A stretch of DNA of 64,000 bases from an uncultured Verrucomicrobiae bacterium (GTDB lineage Bacteria; Verrucomicrobiota; Verrucomicrobiia; Chthoniobacterales; JAATET01): assembly GCA_963719495.1 (NCBI GenBank), contig CAVRCI010000006.1:64001-128000 (forward strand). Reading direction: 5' to 3'. Both the position numbers and the translations under genes were made by a program. This document shows positions 1-9,909 of this stretch, piece by piece. Below the pieces are notes generated by a model that was not told where the DNA came from, did not search any database, and worked only from the letters and a program-made list of their open reading frames with translations. Numbering within the stretch: position 1 is the stretch's first letter; the number at the start of each line of letters is the position of its first letter.

Positions 1-436
1 AATCTGCCGCGACAGCACCGCGTGCCGCTTGTTGAAGAAGCCGCGGATCCGCGAGCAGGACTTTGCCGCCTGGTTCGCCCGCCACGCGCCCCAGGTGATC
101 ATCTCCAACGAATGCCCGATTCTCGAGTGGTTGAGCGGCATCGGCCTCGAGGTGCCGGGCGACGTCGGGCACGTGCGCCTGGACTGCGCCGCCCCGGAAC
201 TCGCGGGCCGTTACAAGATGCGCGCCTCCGACACGTGGTTTTCCGGGATCGACCAGATGGCGGAAGAGGTCGGCGTCTCCGCCGTGGATCTCGTCGTCGG
301 TCAGCTTCACATGCGCGAAACCGGCGTCCCCTCCCACCCCCGAATGGCGCTCGTGAAAGGTCGGTGGCTCGACCTCGACACGTTCGCTCCCGAGAAAAAA
401 CGGACGCGCGCCAAATCCAAGCGCAAGTCCGCCTGA
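1..436 (+). CDS. LacI-family transcriptional regulator, C-terminal part (5' end outside window; possible frameshift near nt 28)
   Basis: FAAWFARHAPQVII...VPGDVG...SGIDQ...GVSAVDLVVGQL...ETGVP...LVKGRW resembles the sensor domain of verrucomicrobial LacI proteins. Confidence 0.75.
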   Translation, partial: ICRDSTACRLLKKPRIREQDFAAWFARHAPQVIISNECPILEWLSGIGLEVPGDVGHVRLDCAAPELAGRYKMRASDTWFSGIDQMAEEVGVSAVDLVVGQLHMRETGVPSHPRMALVKGRWLDLDTFAPEKKRTRAKSKRKSA

Positions 437-450
437 GCCAGCAACCGTCC

Positions 451-1617
451 TCACGGCAACCCAACCTCGCGGCGCAGCCCGGTCATCGTCTCGCGGTGGC
501 GTTCCGCGACGAAGTCCCGCGCGTGGCCGGTGGCGACCCGGGCCGCCGGCAGATTTTGCGCCCAATCGATCACGAACGCGGCGAAGCGATCCCGGTCCGC
601 CGCCCGGTCGAAGTCGAAGAGCCAATCGCCCAGACCGATGTCCCGCCACATGAAGCCCTTGCTGGTCTGCTCCTCCCAGCGCGCGACGATTGCGGGAATC
701 CCGTGTCCGACGGCCATGATCGGGCTGTGCATTTCGTTCCCGAAGATCCCCGCACTTCGGCGGTAGGTCGAGAGGGCTTCGTCCGTGAGCCAGTAGTCCT
801 CCCGCCAGACGACCCGCTCGCGCACGTCCGGGGTCAGGGGTTCGTAGAGCATTTCGCGGGCGGCTTCCATCTGGGTGCGATCCTCCGGGCAGAGCAGAAT
901 CTTCAGATTCGTCGACCGCACGATTCCGCGGATCGCGTCGCGGAGCGGCGCGTGATCCTGCTCCTTGAGGGCGTTGTTGCGAGCTTCCTTCACGAGATCG
1001 GGACCACGATTTTTCTCCGGGATCATCCAGTGCGGCGTATTCCGGTAGCGGGCGATGCAGCAGAGAAATTTTCCATCCTCCAGTTCGTTCGCGCGGAGAA
1101 AACGCTCCGCCTCGCCGTCGTCGACCAGATCCACGGCGAAGGCGGCGTCGGGCGTGAATCCCATCACCGGACACGCCACGCCGCGTTCGCGGGCCAACTC
1201 CAGCGACACCGTGTCGCGGAAATACACGAACCGCGCCGCGTCCAGCAGTTGCTTCACGGGATCGGTCAGCCGCACGGATGGCAGCGTGATCCCGTAGACG
1301 CCGTAGGGTTTTCCCGTCTCCGCCCGCCACCGCGCAACCGCATCCTCCCCCACCAGATACGGACCGGAGCCGTGCAGCAGGAAGTCGCATTCCGCGAGCG
1401 CGGCGGAGATTTCCGCCTCGGTTTGCACGATTGGCACGTCGGGAAAACGGCGGCGGAGCGTCGCCTCGACCCCGTGGCTCACGTCGCTCGGCCACAGGCG
1501 GATCTTCGCCTCCGGCAGATGGCGCTCGAGCAGGGCGAGTAATCCCGGGGAATGCCCGATGTCGCCGATGTTGAGCGTCTGCCAGGAGGACCGGACGAGG
1601 ATGGCGGGCGGCCTCAA
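451..1617 (-). CDS. Polysaccharide pyruvyl transferase family protein
   Basis: RSSWQTLNIGDIGHSPG, FVYFRDTVS, FTPDAAF and GNEMHSPI motifs; TTG start overlaps the upstream TGA. Confidence 0.8.
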   Translation of the reverse strand: MRPPAILVRSSWQTLNIGDIGHSPGLLALLERHLPEAKIRLWPSDVSHGVEATLRRRFPDVPIVQTEAEISAALAECDFLLHGSGPYLVGEDAVARWRAETGKPYGVYGITLPSVRLTDPVKQLLDAARFVYFRDTVSLELARERGVACPVMGFTPDAAFAVDLVDDGEAERFLRANELEDGKFLCCIARYRNTPHWMIPEKNRGPDLVKEARNNALKEQDHAPLRDAIRGIVRSTNLKILLCPEDRTQMEAAREMLYEPLTPDVRERVVWREDYWLTDEALSTYRRSAGIFGNEMHSPIMAVGHGIPAIVARWEEQTSKGFMWRDIGLGDWLFDFDRAADRDRFAAFVIDWAQNLPAARVATGHARDFVAERHRETMTGLRREVGLP

Positions 1618-2937
1618 CGGCCCGCCTCCGACTCGACGAATTGCCGCTGCTCCCGGAGCACGTCGCGGATTTCGCGGGCTTCGATTCCTCGGGAATCGCC
1701 CGCCGCCCGGGTCGCCGCAAGCGCCGCCGCGACGCCCGCCGCCTGACCAATCGCGCTCAGCGGGGCCATCACACGATAAGCGGAGTGCGCCTCGTGGCTG
1801 CCGCTGATGCAGCGCGACCCGAGGAGCAGATTGTCGAACCCCCGCGCTCGCAGGCTCCGGTAAGGAACGTGAAAATACCCCGGCGGCGCGATGTGTTCCA
1901 TCCGCGTCCCGGCTCCAGCCGGATCGTGAATGTCCAGGTGGTAGGCGCAGGCCGCGACCATGTCGGGAAATTTCCGGGCCGACAGACAATCCTCCGCCGT
2001 GAGCACGTAATCGCCAATCACGCGGCGGCCTTCGCGCACGCCCATCCGCGTCGCGACGAAGTCCATCGTCGCGTTCGCAAAGGCGGGGTGGTGGCGGATC
2101 GATTCGAAGAACTCGGTCGCCTGCCGCCGACCCTCGGCCAGCGCGGCCTCCATCGAAGCCGCGTTCGTCGGATCGGCCCCCAATACGCGCGTTTGATTGA
2201 AAAGCAGCGCCCGCCCGTTGGGATACGGGAAGCACAGCACGTTGTCGCGCGGGTTTGTCGTCCCGCCGCTCCGCTTGAGGTCGAGGTAAAGCGGCAACAG
2301 CTCGGCGCGCAGGGACCGAATGCCCGCCCACGAACCGATGTCGGGATCGGCGAGTCGGTCGAGATCCACGCCGGAGACCTTGAAAGTAAACGTCGCCGGC
2401 TGCATTTGCCCGTCGACCTCCCGCCCCAGCTCGGTCTCCGCACCAGCCAGCGCGGAGAGGTTGCCGTCGGCCGTCGAGTCCACGAAGACCGCCGCGTGAA
2501 CGCGCCGCCCGTCAGCCAATTCCACCGCCGCCACGCGCGACCCGGAACGCTCGACCGCAGTCACGGCGGCATTCGTGAGCACCGCGAGATTCCGGTTCCG
2601 CCGCGAGAAGCTCGCGGTAGCGGCGGGCCAACTCGACCTCGTCGTAGGTCGGGACCCGGTCCCAGGGCGCGCCACCGTTCTCGGGATAAACGTCGGGAAA
2701 AAGCTCCGCGTGCAGGCCGCGATTGATCGGCTCCCGGTCGTCGTCCCAAAATCGACACACCAATGAGACGGGCGAGTGGACCCCGGTGCCGCCAATCTCC
2801 GCCGCCGCCTCGACCAGCAGCACCCGCGCGCCTGCGCGCGCCGCCCCGATGGCCGCACAGATCCCGCCGACGCCCGCCCCGGCCACCAAGACGTCGGGGT
2901 CGGAGGGAGCGGGCATCTCGGAGGCGTTCATCATCAT
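1614..2937 (-). pseudogene. FAD-dependent oxidoreductase (FAD_oxidored type) split by a frameshift near 2592
   Basis: N-part DVLVAGAGVGG...ELLAAEP (ORF 2512-2937) continues in another frame as NLAVLTNAAV...VDSTADG...REGRRVIGDY...GRCIS-like motif (ORF 1614-2858). Confidence 0.8.
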
Positions 2938-3065
2938 CCATCATGCGTGCGACCCCGCCAAAGGCAACGGCGTCCCCATGTCTGTCGCGTCGGAAAAGCT
3001 ATCGATTCTGATCAGCTCGATGCCTCTTCTCTGGCGGGCGAACGGGGTCGGCATGCTCGAAATGC

Positions 3066-3084
3066 GTATCTTTTTGCGCGATCC
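3066..3084 (+). promoter_or_regulatory. Conserved 19-bp upstream motif GTATCTTTTTGCGCGATCC, copy 1
   Basis: Identical copy at 4149-4167, at nearly the same distance from the paralogous start codon. Confidence 0.55.
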
Positions 3085-3211
3085 ACGTGACTGCGTTCGT
3101 TTGCCCGGATGGGTTTACTGCCTATACTTTCGAACTTCCGCGGTCGCCCTCCGTGCTCCGCCGTCGCGACTCCAACCCTCCAAATTCACTCCATAACCCG
3201 GCAAATCCTCC

Positions 3212-3940
3212 ATGAAAGCATCCAAAATCCTCCTCACCTTCGCCGTTTCGGTCTCCCTGCTCACTGCCGCAGGCACCTCGAGCGCCGCTGGCTTGTTCTA
3301 CTCATTCGACCAAAACAAAAACGGCAGCGGGGATGAGACGACCGGTTTCACCCTGCTAACGACCGCGATTTCGGGTTTTGCGTCATCCAGCGACGTGACC
3401 TACACAGGTAGCAGTCTGCGGACGCAAGCCGACGGCGGTGAAACGTCCTTCGTGAGTTTCGAGGGCGGCACGCCTTGGCTTGGCAGCGGCGGCAGCAGCA
3501 CTCCAGGACATTCGCTCGCTTGGAATCAAGGCAGCACCGGAAATACCTTTTCGTTCAACTTGGACACGACCGGGACAACCGATTTGGCGATTCGCCTGAC
3601 CGTGCGCTCGGCTGCGGGCGTGTCGGCGATCACCGATTTCACATCCTTCACCTACAACACTGGGAGTGGTCCGGTTGCGATCACCTCCGGAATAAGCAAT
3701 TTCACAGCTGACGCCGGGTTCAGCCAATGGTCCGCCAACTTGAGCGGTCTCACCGCCGTGGAGAATCAGCAGTCCGTCGCCTTCCAGTGGACGATTCCCT
3801 CGATTCCCAGCGGCGATAGCTTCCGGGTGGACAACATCCAGCTGACCGCAGTGCCCGAGCCTTCGACCGTGGTCCTACTCGGACTAGCGCTGGCCGCAGG
3901 TGTCGTCGTGGCGCGCCGCCGACGCGCTGTCCGCGAATAA
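3212..3940 (+). CDS. PEP-CTERM sorting-domain surface protein
   Basis: Signal peptide, Ser/Thr/Gly-rich body, VPEPST + TM helix + RRRR tail. Confidence 0.92.
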   Translation: MKASKILLTFAVSVSLLTAAGTSSAAGLFYSFDQNKNGSGDETTGFTLLTTAISGFASSSDVTYTGSSLRTQADGGETSFVSFEGGTPWLGSGGSSTPGHSLAWNQGSTGNTFSFNLDTTGTTDLAIRLTVRSAAGVSAITDFTSFTYNTGSGPVAITSGISNFTADAGFSQWSANLSGLTAVENQQSVAFQWTIPSIPSGDSFRVDNIQLTAVPEPSTVVLLGLALAAGVVVARRRRAVRE

Positions 3941-3972
3941 TTCGAAAACTTGAAATCGATTTAGGGTTGGTG

Positions 3973-3998
3973 AAAGCCGGGCGCGAGCCCGGCTTTTT
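3973..3998 (+). terminator. Rho-independent terminator
   Basis: AAAGCCGGGC-GCGA-GCCCGGCTTTTT. Confidence 0.8.
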
Positions 3999-4148
3999 GC
4001 TGTCTAGCTCGGATCCGCAAATTTGATCCGGCAAGGGTCTCCCCGACGTCAACGCTCCGCAGCCCTACGGTTCGGTAGCGAGGTGACGAGATGGAACTGA
4101 TGCATCGAGCGTTCCGGGGGCTAGATAGCCGTGCCGTGCCCAGATTCA

Positions 4149-4167
4149 GTATCTTTTTGCGCGATCC
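4149..4167 (+). promoter_or_regulatory. Conserved 19-bp upstream motif, copy 2
   Basis: Identical to 3066-3084. Confidence 0.55.
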
Positions 4168-4293
4168 GAACCAGCGCCTTCGATTGTCGGAGTCGCCCTC
4201 CGACCGTAGTCTCCTTTCAGATCGCCGATGGGACTGACGTTTTATCGGAGCATCGGTCAAACCTCCAAAATACCCAAACCCCAATCCTCCCTT

Positions 4294-5028
4294 ATGAGTG
4301 CACAGAAACTCCTCCTCACCCTCGCCGCTGCGGTTTCCATGCTCGCTGCTGCCGGCACCACGAACGCTGCCGGTTTGTTCTACTCCTTCGATCAATTTCA
4401 GAATGGAAGCGGCGGGGCGGGTAGTTTCACCCTTGGGGTGACGGCTTTAGATGGATTTGCGTCGGCGTCGGCGGTCAGTTACGCCGGTTTAAGTTTGCGT
4501 AGTCAAGGCGATGGTGGCGAGGGGTCGTTCACGGATTTTCAAGGCAATACCTGGCTCGGCAGCGGCGGGAGCAGCAACCCGGGGCATTCGATGGGTTGGA
4601 ATGCCAACAGCACGGGCAATACTTTCAGTTTCACGCTCGACACGACTGGCACTGTCGACTTGATGGTTCGTCTGGCCGTCCGATCAACCGGATCCGGCGG
4701 GGCACCCGCTGCATTCTCCAGTGTGACCTACAACAACGGTACGGGAGGACCCCAGACGATCTCGCCTTCGCTCTATTCGGGATTCATCTTCGGGACCGGG
4801 GCGTTCTCGGTCTGGACAGCGGATCTCAGCAGTTTGGCGGCAATCGAAAACAGACCGTCTGTGACCTTTCAGTGGACCATCCCGACGCTCAACAGCAACA
4901 CAAGCTTCCGCGTCGACAACATTCAGGTGACCGCTGTTCCCGAGCCTTCGACCTACGCGATCATGGGACTTGCGCTGGCCGCCGTGGTGATCGTTGCCCG
5001 CCGCCGCCGCCAGTCGGCCCAGCCGTAA
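4294..5028 (+). CDS. PEP-CTERM protein, paralog of 3212-3940
   Basis: Shares AAGLFYSFDQ, WLGSGGSS.PGHS, STGNTFSF.LDTTGT, FRVDNIQ.TAVPEPST. Confidence 0.92.
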   Translation: MSAQKLLLTLAAAVSMLAAAGTTNAAGLFYSFDQFQNGSGGAGSFTLGVTALDGFASASAVSYAGLSLRSQGDGGEGSFTDFQGNTWLGSGGSSNPGHSMGWNANSTGNTFSFTLDTTGTVDLMVRLAVRSTGSGGAPAAFSSVTYNNGTGGPQTISPSLYSGFIFGTGAFSVWTADLSSLAAIENRPSVTFQWTIPTLNSNTSFRVDNIQVTAVPEPSTYAIMGLALAAVVIVARRRRQSAQP

Positions 5029-5061
5029 CCTGAGATCTCAATTCCAATGGGGGTTGGCAGG

Positions 5062-5085
5062 AGCCGGGCGAGAGCCCGGCTTTTT
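5062..5085 (+). terminator. Rho-independent terminator
   Basis: AGCCGGGC-GAGA-GCCCGGCTTTTT, near-identical to 3973-3998. Confidence 0.8.
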
Positions 5086-5124
5086 GCTGCCGCCTTCGCG
5101 GACGATTCCGGGGTAGACTGATTC

Positions 5125-5982
5125 ATGCGGCTGACGGACTGGCGAAATCTTCGGGCTCACGTGGTGTGGGCCTACGAGGGCGTGCCGCTGGCCCCGCGGG
5201 GGACTTTTCACGACGAACACCTCGTCGCCTGGCGGTTGCTCGAGGGATCGGTGACCGTCTCCGGTCGACGGAAGACGGTGACCGCTGCGGCGGGACAATG
5301 GGTCTTTCCGCCGCGGGGTGAAGAGGTGCGCGAGTTCTCGGAGGATGCGCGGCTGATTTCGGTCCATTTCCGCGCGACCTGGCCGGATGGGCATGAGCTC
5401 TTCCAGGAAAACGAGCCGCACGTCGGCGAGCCGGACGGCTTCCCGGAGCTAGACGCCGCGGCTCGCCGCTTGGCGGAAGTCATTCACACGCGTTTCCCCG
5501 ACGTCATCGGCAATCGGCTTCCCTTCGTCGAAGCTGACTTGAAAGATTACCTGGCGCTGGAGAGCGGACTGCCGCCGTGGTTGGACGCCTACGCCACCGC
5601 CATGCAATCGCTCGGCGCCCGGATGTGGACGCTCAACACCTTCGACGAGCGGGTGGTGCATCTGAGCGAGGCCATCGACGCGCTGCCGCTCGACGCCGAA
5701 CTGTCTCTCGCGGACGTCGCCGGAGGATTTGGGCTCAGCCCGGGGCACGCGTCGCGGCTCTTCGTCGCGCACTTTGGATTCACACCTAGAGAATACCGGG
5801 AGCAGCAGCGGGTCGACGCGGCTCGTCGCCTGCTGCGCGGTTCCTGCACGCCGGTGAAGGAGATCGCCTTCAACCTCGGTTTCAAGCAGCCGACGCATTT
5901 CTCGGCGTGGTTCAAGAAGCGGACCGGCGCGTTCCCGCGAGCTTTCCGAGACGCCGTCGTGAAGCCGAGTGAGGCGATGTGA
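5125..5982 (+). CDS. AraC-family transcriptional regulator
   Basis: C-terminal double HTH: LSPGHASRLF...PVKEIAFNLGFKQPTHFSAWFKKRTGAFPRAFR. Confidence 0.92.
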   Translation: MRLTDWRNLRAHVVWAYEGVPLAPRGTFHDEHLVAWRLLEGSVTVSGRRKTVTAAAGQWVFPPRGEEVREFSEDARLISVHFRATWPDGHELFQENEPHVGEPDGFPELDAAARRLAEVIHTRFPDVIGNRLPFVEADLKDYLALESGLPPWLDAYATAMQSLGARMWTLNTFDERVVHLSEAIDALPLDAELSLADVAGGFGLSPGHASRLFVAHFGFTPREYREQQRVDAARRLLRGSCTPVKEIAFNLGFKQPTHFSAWFKKRTGAFPRAFRDAVVKPSEAM

Positions 5983-6084
5983 CGGGAATTTCTTTTCTCA
6001 CGCAGAGGCGAAGAGACGCGGAGGAGATGATCTTATGACGGGTATTCCTGCGCCTTTTCGTGAGGACTCATTTCGCCGCGTCGT

Positions 6085-7188
6085 TCACGGTCGGGCGGTG
6101 GCCCATTCGTCGGCGTATTCGAGGCAGGCGAGGGCCATCATCGTCCCGAGCATGTCGCTGATTGGGTGCGGCTCGTCGCAGAGTCGGACGGAGTGGTGAT
6201 TGACGAGGCAGTGGTCGCCGTGGAAGGCGAACGCGCCGTCCGATTTGCGATACTCGCGCAGGAGGCAGTCGCAGAGCCGCCCGCCAGCCCGGACGATCTC
6301 GTCGTGGCGGTGTCGTCCGAGCATTTGAAGATCGAGTTCGCGCAGCACCCAGAGGGCGTCCCAGTTCATGCACATGTTCCGGGGGTAACCGAACTCGCCG
6401 TTGGCGGATTGGAGGTCGAGCGTGGAGTCGATGGCGGCCTCCGCGTGGGGGACCGGGCGGCCGACGGCGAGGTAGCCGTTCATGATTTTGAAAAGCCCGG
6501 CCATCGCGCGCGCCGGATCGTCGGGGCAGCCGCGGGCGGTCGGCATTCCGCTGGCCGGATCGAGCACGTCGGCTTCCAGCGAGGCGAACATGTCGGCCAG
6601 CACGGGGATCGTGTCCCGTTGGTCGTCGGCGGGCAACTCGCGCAGGTGCGCGACGATGGCCCGCGACCAAGCCTCGCCCGTGGACCAAGGATTGGACCAG
6701 GGAAGTGAGAGGGTCCACGCCCGACCGTCGACCCGCGAGAGATCGGCGAACTGCGCGGTGGGCGGAGGGAGCAGGGGAGCCGCGCCAAGGTGCGCGAGCG
6801 CGAGAAGGGTCGCGCCGTGGCGCTGCGCCCAGATGGCTTCCCAAGAGTGATGGCCGTCGTGAGTGTCCGGCGTCTCGAGCGGATCCTTGAACAATCCATC
6901 CGCCGAGTCCTGGCAGCTTTGGAAAAACGCGACCGCCGCCGCTCGGTCGTCTGCGCCGACCGAGTCGAGGGCGTCGAGGCGATGGAGGAGGTCGATCGCG
7001 ATGCCGGAGGCTTGAAGCGACCACGGTCGGGTCATCGCGGCGTGGTATCGCCAGCGTCCCCAGCCCGCCTCGTGACACCGCACCATTTCGAGCCACGCGA
7101 GGATGTCGCCGCGGACGGTGGCGACGAATCCAAGGGCCGACTCCGGGGAAGCCTCCGCCGGATGTTCGAGCGTGGCTAATTCACTCAT
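6085..7188 (-). CDS. Hypothetical protein, probable prenyltransferase/terpene-cyclase-like alpha/alpha toroid
   Basis: Repeated Q-x-x-(D/N)-G-x-F motifs (CQDSADGLF, LQSANGEFG, RKSDGAF); host-like codon usage. Confidence 0.6.
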   Translation of the reverse strand: MSELATLEHPAEASPESALGFVATVRGDILAWLEMVRCHEAGWGRWRYHAAMTRPWSLQASGIAIDLLHRLDALDSVGADDRAAAVAFFQSCQDSADGLFKDPLETPDTHDGHHSWEAIWAQRHGATLLALAHLGAAPLLPPPTAQFADLSRVDGRAWTLSLPWSNPWSTGEAWSRAIVAHLRELPADDQRDTIPVLADMFASLEADVLDPASGMPTARGCPDDPARAMAGLFKIMNGYLAVGRPVPHAEAAIDSTLDLQSANGEFGYPRNMCMNWDALWVLRELDLQMLGRHRHDEIVRAGGRLCDCLLREYRKSDGAFAFHGDHCLVNHHSVRLCDEPHPISDMLGTMMALACLEYADEWATARP

Positions 7189-7465
7189 CCGTGGCATTGC
7201 CTTCCGTATGTGTATAGCGCGGCTGTCCCGGACGCGGGGGGGGAGGACGTCTCGTCCTCCCGATTCGAGCGTGCGGACGAGACGTCCCCACCCCGTTTTT
7301 TCCGATCCCGAGGGAAATCGGGCATCTCCGGCCATCCAACCTCTTCGACACGCGGAATCACGCTAAACACATACCGGCTTCCAGCCGATGATCCGTAGAA
7401 CATCGGCTGGAAGCCGATGCCACGGACTTCGATGGCGCGTTCGTTCTGCGAGCATCGTGCCGGGA

Positions 7466-9397
7466 TCATTCTCGAGCGGCGGTGTCCGCTGTCTGCTCGG
7501 CTTCGGGTTCGGGCGTGGGTGTCGGGGCCGGTGGGACGGGGCCGCGGAAGAACGTGACCGAGTGCGGGGCAAGATTCATCTCGTCGGCGAGATTGGCGTC
7601 GGTCGACTCGGTGAGGCCGAACTCGTCAACCACGGCTTTTTCCCACGACGCGTCCGTCGGGGCGGTCTCGAGTTGCAGCGTGTTCGCGGCGGACGAACGG
7701 TTGATGACGAGGAGGCCGGCTTTCGAGTCATTCTTCGAGGCGAAGACGACGACCTGAGTCGGATCGCTGGTCTCGACCTTCACGGCGTCCCCCATCATCC
7801 ACTCGTTCGCGTAGTGAAAGACGTGGGCGGCGGGGCGAAGCGCGAAGTCCTTGTCCATCTTGCCGTAGACGCCATCGCGCTCGTTCCAGGCGTTGCTGAC
7901 TTCGAGTTGGTGCGTCGCGAATTCCACGAAGCAGAGCGCGTCGAAGACGGCACCCTTGTGGTTGAGCATGCGGGGTTCGCGGGTCTCCCAGGTCCAACTG
8001 ATCGCGTATTCGTTGAGGTGGATCGGGATGTGCCGGTCGGGGCTCACCTCGGTGAGCATGGCCTGGAGATCGGCGATGTGGTCGCCGATCTTCTGCGTCT
8101 TGTTGTAGATGCTGAAATCGGATTCCTCCAATTTGCCGCTGGCGTAGCCGTGGGCGGAGAGGAAATCGAGGTTGGGCAGGGTCGCGGCGGCGAAGCGCTT
8201 CAGCTCCGCGACGTAATCGGGCCGCATGGCGGCGGGTCCGCCGGTCTGGATCGACGGATCGACCGCCTTCATCGCCTTCGCGCAGAGGTTGTAAATGCGG
8301 GTCAGTTCGTCGAGCCGGTCGGGCTGATTTTTCTTCTGGAGGTCGACCCAGTAGAGGCCGTCGCGCTCGTTGGTGATCTCGAAGTAGGGAATGGCGAAAT
8401 CGTTGTCGACGTTCGTGATCCGCACGAGATCGGCGCAGAACGCGGCGAAGGTGTCGAATTGATCCGCGTCGAGGAAACGGTCGCCGTCGGAGTCCATCCA
8501 CTCCGGCCAGTCAGGAATGGTGAGAACCTTCTGCACGCCTTTCGGATTCCAAGCGGAGAGCGCGGCAGCAATTTTTTCGGCGTCCCAGCGCTTGCCTTCC
8601 ACGTCCACCCAACCGATCGCCTTCACGGTCGAATCGTCGATCATGTTGGTGTTGTGATAGCGGACGATGGGGACGTCCATGTAGGCGAGTCCTTCCTGGT
8701 AAGCCGGGCTGGCGGCGACTTCGGGATCGAAACCGGCGAAGATCGCGACGGAGAACGTGCCGCGCGGGATCGGGTGCGCGACTTGGTCCCAATGAACGAC
8801 GGCGGTCGCGGCGACGGGGGATTCCTCGACGGGCGCGGCGGCTTCGCCCGGGAGGGCGGCCGTCTCCTCGGTGGCGGCTCCGGCTTCGCGCTTGGGCTTG
8901 GCTTGCTTCTGCGCGGTTTTCGGAGCGGTCGCGCCTGGTGGAAGGTAGTCCGGGTCGGCTGAAACGACGACCGCGTCCAGACCCGCGCCGGGTGCGGCGT
9001 TGGGCTGGCGGATGAGGACGACGGCCTCGCCGAGTTCGTCCCGGCGGAAGGTGCCGAAGCAGCGCCACGTCCATTCGTCGGTCGGCCAATTGAAGAGCCA
9101 CTTGAGCTCGCGCTGCTTGCCTTCGGCGGATTTGGACTTGAGGCAAATGCCGTGCCCGCGCCCGCGCGCCCAGATCGTGAAGGAGTCGCCTTCCGCCGGA
9201 AGCGGGGTCGTGAAGAGAGGTAGGTAATCGCCGGGTTGCGCGACGTAGGAAGCGCCCGAGGCTTCGTCGTTCGCCTGAATCTCGACGCCGCCCGGGAGCG
9301 GCCCGCTCTCGGCCTCGACGATCGGTCCGGCGAAAGCGGGTCCCGCCGGGGCGAACGTGAGGAACGTAGCAAACTGGAAAATGGACCGGATTCTCAC
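7466..9397 (-). CDS. Secreted clan GH-A glycoside hydrolase (GH39-like) with N-terminal accessory domain
   Basis: Signal peptide; YFEITNERD (acid/base), AMKAVDPSIQTGGPA, LDFLSAHGY, IHLNEY (nucleophile). Confidence 0.75.
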   Translation of the reverse strand: MRIRSIFQFATFLTFAPAGPAFAGPIVEAESGPLPGGVEIQANDEASGASYVAQPGDYLPLFTTPLPAEGDSFTIWARGRGHGICLKSKSAEGKQRELKWLFNWPTDEWTWRCFGTFRRDELGEAVVLIRQPNAAPGAGLDAVVVSADPDYLPPGATAPKTAQKQAKPKREAGAATEETAALPGEAAAPVEESPVAATAVVHWDQVAHPIPRGTFSVAIFAGFDPEVAASPAYQEGLAYMDVPIVRYHNTNMIDDSTVKAIGWVDVEGKRWDAEKIAAALSAWNPKGVQKVLTIPDWPEWMDSDGDRFLDADQFDTFAAFCADLVRITNVDNDFAIPYFEITNERDGLYWVDLQKKNQPDRLDELTRIYNLCAKAMKAVDPSIQTGGPAAMRPDYVAELKRFAAATLPNLDFLSAHGYASGKLEESDFSIYNKTQKIGDHIADLQAMLTEVSPDRHIPIHLNEYAISWTWETREPRMLNHKGAVFDALCFVEFATHQLEVSNAWNERDGVYGKMDKDFALRPAAHVFHYANEWMMGDAVKVETSDPTQVVVFASKNDSKAGLLVINRSSAANTLQLETAPTDASWEKAVVDEFGLTESTDANLADEMNLAPHSVTFFRGPVPPAPTPTPEPEAEQTADTAARE

Positions 9398-9891
9398 TGA
9401 GCGGACAGACCTTCAACCGCGCCGCCGACCGTCGGATCGAATCCGGGATCGGAAGAGATGATCACCGCGTCGAGTCCGGCGTCGTCGGCGGGCTCGCCGC
9501 CGCGGATGATCGTGATCTCGGCTCCCAGATCGGCGGCCGGGTGGGTGCCGTAGGATTTCCAGGTCCAGGTGGTTCCGGGCTTCCAACTCCACTTGATCCC
9601 CTTCTGCTTGCCGCCAACGGTCTCGGAGGACTTCAGTTGAAGGCCAACGCCGCGGGCGCGGATCCAGACGGTGTAGCTCTCGGCACCAGTCGGCATGGCC
9701 ATTTTGAAGAGCGGATTGTATTTCTTGTCGCTCATCGTGTAGGAGCCTTCGATCGCGTCGCCGTCGGCGAGCACTTTGGCTCCGGTGTTGTCGGCGGTGC
9801 TTTCGGCTTGGATGAGAATCGGGTCATCGGCCAGGAGGGTGAACGTGGTGGCGAGGGCGACGATCGAGGTCGCGAGGGTGATTTTTTTCAT
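9394..9891 (-). CDS. Small secreted protein, stand-alone copy of the GH N-terminal domain (CBM-like)
   Basis: Signal peptide; IQAES, YTVWIRARG, W.WK.YG, GLDAVIISSDP motifs shared with 7466-9397. Confidence 0.75.
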   Translation of the reverse strand: MKKITLATSIVALATTFTLLADDPILIQAESTADNTGAKVLADGDAIEGSYTMSDKKYNPLFKMAMPTGAESYTVWIRARGVGLQLKSSETVGGKQKGIKWSWKPGTTWTWKSYGTHPAADLGAEITIIRGGEPADDAGLDAVIISSDPGFDPTVGGAVEGLSAQ

Positions 9892-9909
9892 GAGATTCGA
9901 GGGTGGGGT

